Of a stretch of 64,000 nucleotides of DNA, positions 54,958 to 64,000 are shown piece after piece. Under the pieces are notes generated by a model. That model did no database searches and had not been told where the DNA came from. It saw only the letters and a program-made list of their open reading frames with translations. This DNA is from Trichoplax adhaerens (lineage: Eukaryota; Animalia; Placozoa): the NCBI RefSeq assembly GCF_000150275.1, contig NW_002060963.1:419978-483977 (forward strand), read 5' to 3'. The number at the start of each line of letters is the position of its first letter. The first letter of the stretch is position 1. The position numbers and the translations under genes were made by a program.

Positions 54958-56160
54958 ATGAAAAAGACTGTAGCCATGATTATAAGAATGAAACGGTTGC
55001 TAATAGCCGTCATTTTTGTCCTAATCTTCATTTCCATGCTTCCACGTTTTAAAAATTTTATTAAAGTCGCATCACGTCCTAGCAATGAGAAAGAATCTGA
55101 AGATCGAGCCGATCATTCCATTATACTTATCGACAATCGAGCCAATGTTGTCGATAATAGTACATTAAGTATTCCAATCAATCGTATTACTAGTAGTAAA
55201 GGTACATCCGAAAATAAAACTGTTATTGAAGAAAAATCCAAACTGGTTGTCAACTATCGCCATTACAATGACATAGGGCTAGAGTATTTTTCCGGTCGAC
55301 CTAGTGCGAAGCCTTGCGAAATGAGGGCTTTTATCTTACTCATGATCAATTCTAAACCTTCTCATGCTAAACGTCGCATAGGAATACGAAAAACATGGGG
55401 CGATAATACTGAATTGAATGCTAAAGCCAAACACCAGTACGCTTGGAGGACGTTGTTTGTTGTTGGCTATTCTACCAACTCTCGATTAAATAAAGAAGTA
55501 GAAAAAGAATCTGCGAAATATGGCGATATGATATTAGGGAACTTTATCGACCATATGCAAAACCTAACTGAGAAAAGTATCATGTCCATGGCTTGGGCTA
55601 ATCGCTTTTGTAAACCAATTTATATGTATAAAGGTGACGATGACGTCTTCGTTAATGTAAACCTATTATTTAATTTCATGCAAGGCCAAGCTCGAAATAA
55701 CAGAGTTACTCGATTCTGGATAGGTAGAGTTGATGGTTCAACACTTGCACGTAGAGTAGTTCGTAAGAAAAATCATAAATATTATGTCTCAAAGGATGAT
55801 TATCCACACAAGTTGTTCCCCCGTTTCTGTTCAGGATTTGCCTATGTTATGTCGGGTGACGTAATTGCTACTTTTTTAAAGCATGTTCCAACAACGAAAA
55901 AACTCAAGACAGTCGATGATGCTTATATTGCAATTTTAGGCCAAAAAGCTGGATTAATACCACGAAATGATATTCGATTTCATTTATTTATTGAGCCTAA
56001 GCCACGCCATCGTTATACTATGTATGAGTTGAGAAGAAGATTTGCAGAGCATGACATTACTACGGAAGCTAAGCAAAAAGAATTGCATAAATTAGCACAG
56101 AGTGGCACCAGATTATACATAAGTTACACCATACCCCAGCAAAAAATTACTGCAACGTAA
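54958..56160 (+). CDS. GT31 beta-1,3-galactosyl/GlcNAc-transferase, single coding exon, 400 aa
   Basis: N-terminal type II TM anchor; motifs RRIGIRKTWG, ESAKYGDMILGNFIDHMQNLTEK, KGDDDVFVN, PRFCSGFAYVMSGD and DDAYI. Confidence 0.92.
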   Translation: MKKTVAMIIRMKRLLIAVIFVLIFISMLPRFKNFIKVASRPSNEKESEDRADHSIILIDNRANVVDNSTLSIPINRITSSKGTSENKTVIEEKSKLVVNYRHYNDIGLEYFSGRPSAKPCEMRAFILLMINSKPSHAKRRIGIRKTWGDNTELNAKAKHQYAWRTLFVVGYSTNSRLNKEVEKESAKYGDMILGNFIDHMQNLTEKSIMSMAWANRFCKPIYMYKGDDDVFVNVNLLFNFMQGQARNNRVTRFWIGRVDGSTLARRVVRKKNHKYYVSKDDYPHKLFPRFCSGFAYVMSGDVIATFLKHVPTTKKLKTVDDAYIAILGQKAGLIPRNDIRFHLFIEPKPRHRYTMYELRRRFAEHDITTEAKQKELHKLAQSGTRLYISYTIPQQKITAT

Positions 56161-57670
56161 GTTACTAGGTTTTTACCTATGGCAATCTCAAGTAAAGGAC
56201 TGCCCTAGAAAAATTCTCTCAATCTCTTTCTCTAGTAGTCCTCTTTCAATATACCTGATGTCCATAGTATTGCATGCTTGCGCTGTACGTAGACTTACAT
56301 AGATATTGTACATATTACTGTACATGTGCATGCATATGGGTATATCAGATTTCTATCATGTATATTGTATAGAAGTAATGTCGGAATGATCGTTATTGTA
56401 AATCTGGATGGAAATTGACGATTTCACGGACTGCACTGCGGGTCACACAATGTATTAATGTATAATTACATCTAACTTTGACTTGCTTATTATTTTTATT
56501 ATTATTAAACCAATCATATCCTACAGGTAGATTCACATCGTTAATATTAGGGAATAAATATTAATAAGAAACGAATGTATATTCTTTCACTACCTTTTGA
56601 CAACGCATTATTATTATGTACTTACGATTGACATATGTATACTTATTCGCCTATCATCATGGAAATAAGGGTTATAAACATGAAAAATTTTTACAATTTG
56701 TACTACCGTTTATACTGTCTAAATTATTTGCTAATTTAAATAATATTAGCATGATTTATTTTTTAAAATATTATGCAAATATCCGTAATGCATTAATATG
56801 GATAATTAAATGATTAAATGACCGTGATGATAATCTTTCATTATTTACGATTATAATAGTTCATTACAAGTGTAAGTAATAAACGGGGAAAAAACTGGGA
56901 TATTTGGCTAATAATGAATTGCGTCTCAAAAATGGATCATTTCTCCGTTTGGGTAAATGAATTTGGATACTTTGACCCTAAACACTGTAATAGTTATTTA
57001 ATTTAAATTAATTTGTAGTGTACCTTTCTATTCATCAATACGTTAACAGCTATTATCGATTGCACAACAGCTTAATTGTAAAAGCAAACAACAGTGCATT
57101 TGTAATGCATTTCCTCATATTCCATAGAATGATAGTAGTCACCTTTCCATAGAGATGTTATATAACTGATCAAATCTTATTAAATTGCTTTCGACATAGG
57201 TATATTCAGATAGGAAAGAGAAGTATATAAAAATAAATAATGGCGTATTTCTCATCTATTTCCTTATATTCCATAGAGGTGTACTATAACTGATTAAATC
57301 TCATCAGATTACTTTCGACATAGGTATATTTGGTTAGGAAAGAAAAGTATCGATTTTATTTCGTTCTTTTTTTACATTACTATCAATGAAGAAAGTACAG
57401 ATAATCAATATTTTTGATATATTGTACTATAAGTGCGGCGTGCCGCCAGATTAGTAACAATTTACAGTAAATAGCACATTAATAATTTAATTTGGATCAT
57501 TAGTTTGAGATAACGTTGTAACATCATAGTGTAACAAGATAAAAATCATCTTAAAAACATCAGTCTCCCTGACCTGCATTGAATGTGAGCTAACATAAAA
57601 TTTAATATTCTAAAAGACAGTACCATAATCCAAATTGGGATGAAAACATTAAAATTATCTTAAGTAGGCA

Positions 57671-59928
57671 TTACGGTAGCACAGCGTCTGGCCACACTGG
57701 TTCCTTCTGAGGAATCATTGACTTTTTCTCTTTATCTCGTGAGCAGGCTTTACGCATATCTACAGCATGTCGAAATAAACAAAAGCAGAAGATAGTTATT
57801 ATCTCACATTTCCTATATCTTTCTAATGCTAAATAACATCTCTTGAAGAGATATATACACAAACTACCAAGCTATCAAAGGAATAACATAAGCTAATTCT
57901 AGCAAATTGAATTGAGCTTATTGTTTACTTTATGTATCTAATTGTCACTAACCATAAGCATTTTCATTATCATCTCCAATGTAGTATTCTAACACCGTAC
58001 GATAAACAATATATCCCAAAGACAGATACATATTGACAGCTGTAACGTTAGAAACGCGCACGAAAAGGTCGACAAAGAAACATTTTTGCCTATAATAAAT
58101 AAAAACCATACAGTAGTTATATCACTACCGGTTTAAATTTCGGTCAAAGCAATGCACTCTAGTAAGTATTAATACCAATATATGCGAAAAAGCTTACTCA
58201 TAGACATGGCATAAAAGTATATGAGATCAACTAGAAAATAACATACTTATCAGATATTTTCTCTAATTCATCCATTAACAATGCTGCAATTCCTATTCGC
58301 CTAGACTCAGGTCTGACACTCAAAGCAGTTACATGTCCATGCCATTCTTTGGCTTCAACTGAACCTTCCGATTTTCCCATAACTACGGCATAACGTTAGT
58401 CAAAAATATTAGGTCAATTATTTTCGACTTATTACAATTGATGTTATCCACATCTTTGATGTTCTGTATAGCAATAAATCCCTTCACGTAATATCCAATA
58501 TTCTAATTCTACTTACTATAACCCATAATTTCGCCGGTACAAGATTCCACCGCAAGGAAATATTCAGGCCATCTCGCCAAGTACTGTAGATAGAATGATA
58601 TGCTATACTATAACAACTAGTTCAAGAATAATATCAACTGGAATGTAATACATAAGACAAAATAATTAAGATATCTGCTACTTTAAGACGTTAGGATACA
58701 GTCTCTGTGAGTGAATCAAGGTTGCTACAAAGTAAAAATAAAGAAAAGAGTTTCGATTCAATATTTTGTTTATAGTATATACGATCAAGAAGAGTACCTA
58801 TCAAGAATCTAAATTCTAGGAAGACTTCAAATTGTATTATCAATGCAGGATCAGACATTGATCATTTGAACGCGTTTATAACTGTACAATGAAGTTCAAC
58901 CCTTTTGTATTGCGCCAAGCGATTACTTAGAGCCGTTAGACCCATAGTACAGTATCGTAATTAGTACTACAGGATCATCATGACATGGAGGATGAAGATC
59001 AAGCTTGATTCAAATGCGGTAGTTTTCGTTGACTACCAATAGATTGCCAAGTCCTAGCTGACTACAGTATTATCAAGTGAGGTATCCGATCAGGCGAAAA
59101 TAAAGCACCTGATCGCTTTGTGGATGCTATGCTACCAACATGCCTTGAGCGTTGACGCTCATCAATAGATGTCGATGCTATTCTGTAATTATCGTCAGTT
59201 TCAGTTATTACTGTCATGTATCTCGAGTTTATTAGTCTAGGCTATGGGCGTCAATGATTAGCAATTTCGATGATGTGGTCGTCACTCTGTCAACGAGCAG
59301 CAAGTACTGATTGTTGGATAAGTCTCGCTTGACGGAAAGCATGATTGAATTATTTACCATATCAATAGCTAGTTTGACTCCCCAATTGAACTGAGCACGA
59401 TCAATCCGATGATGCTGACTAAAATAAGTCATCAAGTAATATGATAAGAAATATCGTTCGCATAGCATGATGTGCGGGTTAAGCTTAAGTCAATCCACTG
59501 ATTGCTCAATTAGCGTTTGAGCTGCAAGAACGATCTCATCCTCGGTTCTACGCTTCCAGTAATGCAAACCAGTGTACTGTATGTTGTGCGGTTTCAGACA
59601 ATCAGGAATTGTTAACAACAGCAATGACACAAGGTCAATTCTAATGATTGAATGATTGACTACTCCTTGCAGTCTCCTACTATGAAGACGGTTAAGATGG
59701 ATGAAGTTTTCTATCTTTTCGATTACTATTTACTGTCATTAGCCATGCTGCATGGTTGATCATTCGATGGTGCATACTGGCCATGTTGCACCGAGTGCTG
59801 GGCGTCAATTTTTCAATCAAGGTCATGTAAACTAGTTCTCCAACATTGACAGTTGCAGGTATTTCGTTGACTTACACAGAATTGAATTTAAATAAGTCAT
59901 TGCAGGTGAATGGTCGTAGGGATGCCAT
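57671..59928 (-). CDS. NAA20: N-alpha-acetyltransferase 20 (NatB catalytic subunit)
   Basis: MASLRPFTCNDLFKFNSV (59928-59876) | NLDSLTET | YSISFYLQYLARWPEYF..IMGY | MGKSEGSVEAKEWHGHVTALSVRPESRRIGIA | FVDLFVRVSN | DMRKACSRDKEKKS; closely matches NAA20. Confidence 0.96.
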
Positions 59929-60889
59929 CTCTTTCAGCTTCTTAGAATACTGTAATATTGAAGAATGGAATGGATTCGAGGACGGATTTGGCAGTTTATC
60001 GCTTTTGCAGTAGCCTTGGTCAGCACTCGCATTCAACGGCAGGATTGTGATTGCTGAATTGACCAGTTACAGTATTGCTGGTGTTCCACCGTGGTACAAT
60101 ACCTGGTACTGTAGGTGGTAGTGTACATTGTACTGTACAGCCGGACTACCTTGAACGGCAATATGGCGTGGAAAATTGAATGTTCTGTTTGTCAAAATGA
60201 AAATGACTGAGCAAAGTCATATATGTACGGTAGGTTGGAGGATGTCGATGGAAGATGATTATGATGAAGAAATAGTTGAAAAATGATTTCAATGCCCGTG
60301 ATCATTTTGTATAGTTATTTCAATTGTATTGGTGTAAGATTATAATAAAATGGCTAGGCAGGCTAGCAAAGTAGTCGGCGGCTAATCGCTTTACTTCAAG
60401 TCGTCCTATGCAGCCTTTGCCTATTCCTCCTGTACTGTACACCACTGTTCTCCAGATAGGTTGATTTTGTATCGTGCTCGAGCATGTTCCGAGTCTCGTT
60501 CTGCAGTTGATGCCGAACATGTTCTTTGTTACTCGTAATGTTTCATTTTCAATATTGATCGAGACGGTAGGATCCGTTTACTCATGTCAAACAGTGGCAT
60601 TGTCGACTGGTTAAGGAAGCGCTCATTAGCATGCAGGAATAGGATAGGATCATGTTTTGATTGCATGAGAAATGTGCCTTCACGCCTTGCCAGCTTGCAT
60701 TGGCAGTCCGTCCACGGTATAAAGTTACTGAAGCTCGGACAGGTCTATCAAATGGTAATACTATCTGTTAAATGAGCACATTATCGTAAACCGTTAGCAA
60801 AGCGACGGGAGTTTGTACTAGTACTGTATAATTTGGGCAGGAAGCCATTGTGAGCGGGAGGCTTTTGATTGAACTTTTCAATCTTTTCA

Positions 60890-62790
60890 AAGCCGTTGGC
60901 TAGCTCGTAGACAGTACTGTGGCAAAAGGTGACCCTCCAAAGGTGACGCTAAAATAGTGACCCTCAACTTGAAAAATGGCAGCGTTCAGCTTGACGGTAC
61001 AGTACAAGTTCTTGCGTCGTAGTATCGAGTAGTACACAGTACAGTACAGTACAGTGAGTCAGTAACCCGTTGGCTAGCTCGCCTTGTCTCAAGTTGTCCG
61101 CTGTACTGTAGACTGGACTGTGGGAAAAGGTGACCCTTAAATTGAAAAATGGCTGCGTTCAACTTGACCGAACTGTACACTACTGTACAGTACAACCTCT
61201 TGCGTCGTACTGTACTAATCAGTGTGTCCAAGCGCCACCACACTGTCTTTGACGCACGCGCAATACCTTACTGTAGGGAAAAGGTGACCCTCAAATTGAA
61301 AAATGAACAAGAAGTATACGTACTTAATGCGTTTAGCTTGACCGTACAGTATACTACTGTACAACCTCTTGCGTCGTACTATCGAGTACAGTAGTAGAAT
61401 ACAGTACTACTAGTTAGTGCTGTAGACGTCGAGCGATTGGACGTCCAACGGACGTTCGATTTTGGACGTTCGGTATGTACGTTCGTTGTCAGATCGGACG
61501 TCGACGAACTGTACTGTACAGTACAGTGTACAGTGTACAGTACAGTGTATACTGTACAGTCAGTTTGTATAATCCCACCCCAATACTATACAGTACAGTA
61601 CTGTACATACTGTACAGTACAGTAGTACATTAGTACAAACGTCTTTTACAACACTTTGTATTTCAGAGTCATGACTACAGTATACTGTACGCTGTTACGT
61701 ACTGTACTACTGTGCTGTACGTACTGTACAGTGTACAGTGTACAGTACTGTACAGTATACAGTAGTATAGTCTTATACCGTACTGTACAGTGTACACTAT
61801 ATACTGTAGTGTTAACACTGTATGTACACTGTGTACGTTGGTACGTTCAATGAACGTCCGACGTTCAAATTGGACGTTCGTACGTTCGTTCATTAAAACT
61901 GGCGAACGTCCACAGTACTACTACTAGTCAGTGTGTCTAAGCGCCACCACACTGTCTTTGACGCACGCGCAATACCTTACCCTACTGTAGGGAAAAGGTG
62001 ACCCTCAAATTGAAAAATGAACAAGAAGTATAGGTACTTAATGCGTTTAGCTTGACCGTACAGTATACTACAACCTCTTGCGTCGTACACTCGTACTATC
62101 GAGTAGTAGAGTACAGTACTACTGTACTACTCAGTGCGTCAAATCGCCACCACACTGTCTTTGACGCACGCGCAATACCTTACCCTACTGTAGGGAAAAG
62201 GTGACCCTCAAATTGAAAAATGAACAAGAAGTATACGTACTTAATGCGTTTAGCTTGACCGTACAGTATACTACTGTACAACCTCTTGCGTCGTACTATC
62301 GAGTACAGTAGTAGAATACAGTACTACTAGTCAGTGTGTCTAAGCGCCACCACACTGTCTTTGACGCACGCGCAATACCTTACCCTACTGTAGGGAAAAG
62401 GTGACCCTCAAATTGAAAAATGAACAAGAAGTATACGTACTTAATGCGTTTAGCTTGACCGTACAGTATACTACTGTACAACCTCTTGCGTCGTACTATC
62501 GAGTACAGTAGTAGAATACAGTACTACTAGTCAGTGTGTCTAAGCGCCACCACACTGTCTTTGACGCACGCGCAATACCTTACCCTACTGTAGGGAAAAG
62601 GTGACCCTCAAATTGAAAAATGAACAAGAAGTATACGTACTTAATGCGTTTAGCTTGACCGTACAGTATACTACAACCTCTTGCGTCGTACACTCGTACT
62701 ATTGAGTAGTAGAGTACAGTACTGTACTACTATACTCAGCGTGTCAAAGCGCCACCATACTGACGCACGCGCAATACCTTTACCGCCATT
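60890..62790. repeat. Tandem array of a 200-bp unit (about 5 well-conserved plus 2 degenerate copies)
   Basis: TAGGGAAAAGGTGACCCTCAAATTG recurs at 61274, 61988, 62191, 62391 and 62591; degenerate copies near 60920 and 61120. Confidence 0.95.
61415..61920. mobile_element. Non-autonomous hAT-type MITE (506 bp) inserted in a tandem-repeat unit
   Basis: Imperfect TIRs TAGTGCTGTAGACGT and ACGTCCACAGTACTA (13/15). Exact 8-bp TSD CTACTAGT at 61407-61414 and 61921-61928. Subterminal (G)GACGTTCG repeats. Unit spacing of 714 equals 200+506+8. Confidence 0.88.
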
Positions 62791-63115
62791 CCAGCTGACC
62801 CCCAAGATTGCATAATGAATAATGGTCACTGGCCAGTCAATATGCAAAAAGTCAATCGCCACCATTACAGTACCGATAAAAGCATTTTACAATAAACTGC
62901 GTCGGCCTAGCAAATGTCATTCGTTGGCTAACTCCTCAGTCGGGACATTGTGCTAGAGAAGAAAGAAACTTCTTGTCCATTTCAACGGGCGCTGTGTAAG
63001 TTTTTTTATCCATTTCTACTCTTGTAGTAGCTTGAAATGGTAATTTATTCCTATTGACTTGTTAGTCAGGACTACTTTGCTGCAACAGATTCAATTTTTT
63101 TCCATGGGAAAAGAT

Positions 63116-63165
63116 NNNNNNNNNNNNNNNNNNNNNNNNNNNNNNNNNNNNNNNNNNNNNNNNNN
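63116..63165. other. Assembly gap (50 N)
   Basis: Run of N. Confidence 1.
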
Positions 63166-64000
63166 TTATACGTTTATAACCTGTTCCAGTTATAACATGA
63201 CAACCTTAGGGTTCTGTTCCGTTCCGTACCGTACCGTGCCATTCGCTCACTTCAGAGTGTACAGTGTACAGTGTACAGTGTACAGTACAGCATCATGCCA
63301 AGTTGGTTGAATGCAATGCTGGGTCTTTGTCAAAATATTTATGCCCAACACACTTGATTAGAATCGTGATTTAGTATGAAGACAGTCGATTTGAAATTGA
63401 CAGATTTTTTCTCAATTAATTAAGCTGGTTGAATGTTATTATCTGCTATTAAGCTCTGCTTGAAATAGATCATCCATGTGATTGAAATCAGTAGCAGTGA
63501 TTTCGAAAACAGATACGGAAGATCCATCGTATGTAGCCATTTTTCTATATTGACAGCTTCATTTATTGAGAAAAGTCCGTCTGTCTGAAGAGAGAGTGAT
63601 CAGTCGTAGACTATGTGGCTGTTCAGGGTGTCCGGAAAGTCTGGACACATCTTATTTAGTTCTGTATGAAAGATGCGTCCAAACTTTATTTCCAAATTTT
63701 GTATGCTGTAAGGTCATGTTCTGGAGATTTTAATAGGGGACACCACAATATGGTCAGAATGAATCAACTGGTCACTCCACGCCTGTGTTGAACTCATTCT
63801 GACCAGCTAGAGCCATTTTTCCATATTGACAGCTTCATTTGTTGAGAAAAGTCCGTCTGTCTGAGCGAGAGTGATCAGTCATAGACTATGTACTTGTACT
63901 ATAGGAGACAACATAACATGGTCAGAATGAGTCAAGTGGTCACTCCACACCAGTGTTGAGCGGTGTTGCAGTCATTCTGACCAGCGACAGTCGCTGCAAT
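63166..64000 (+). repeat. Near-identical copy of 52354-53189 starting directly after the gap
   Basis: Direct sequence identity at an offset of about 10.8 kb. Confidence 0.95.

Noticed and set aside
60986-61893. Short ORFs rich in Y/C/T/V/Q (also 52296-52499 and 63059-63310)
   Set aside because: They are translations of TACAG-type low-complexity and repeat DNA.
61250-62790. CRISPR-like or 5S/snRNA gene array interpretation of the 200-bp repeats
   Set aside because: There are no unique spacers, the context is eukaryotic, and no 5S, tRNA or snRNA sequence is recognisable in the unit.

Overview
AT-rich, gene-dense eukaryotic (early-branching animal-like) DNA with short GT-AG introns. The style is consistent with a placozoan such as Trichoplax, but this is inference. 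Eleven recognisable spliced genes and one single-exon gene are present, in order: consortin-like (+, 5' end unresolved), cytochrome-b5 front-end fatty acid desaturase (+), a convergent four-hot-dog acyl-thioesterase-like gene (-), SLC35F3/F4-like transporter copies 1 and 2 (+), a gustatory-receptor-like (GRL) gene with a 1-nt frameshift (-), SLC35F copy 3 (+), GRHPR (+), MUS81 (+), cathepsin F-like (-), a single-exon GT31 beta-1,3-glycosyltransferase (+) and NAA20 (-). The right end holds a 200-bp tandem array interrupted by a 506-bp hAT-type MITE with an exact 8-bp TSD. It also holds a 50-N gap followed by a near-identical copy of 52354-53189. Most notable observations: (1) array units differ by TA-anchored CAGTA/CTGTA indels resembling Tc1/mariner excision footprints, which also seem to build the local low-complexity DNA; (2) a desaturase/thioesterase/transporter/GRL neighbourhood; (3) the GRL frameshift; (4) an SLC35F acceptor mutation that creates an in-frame ATG; (5) a U12-type intron in NAA20 and a GC-AG intron in GRHPR. 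All exon coordinates were derived by hand.
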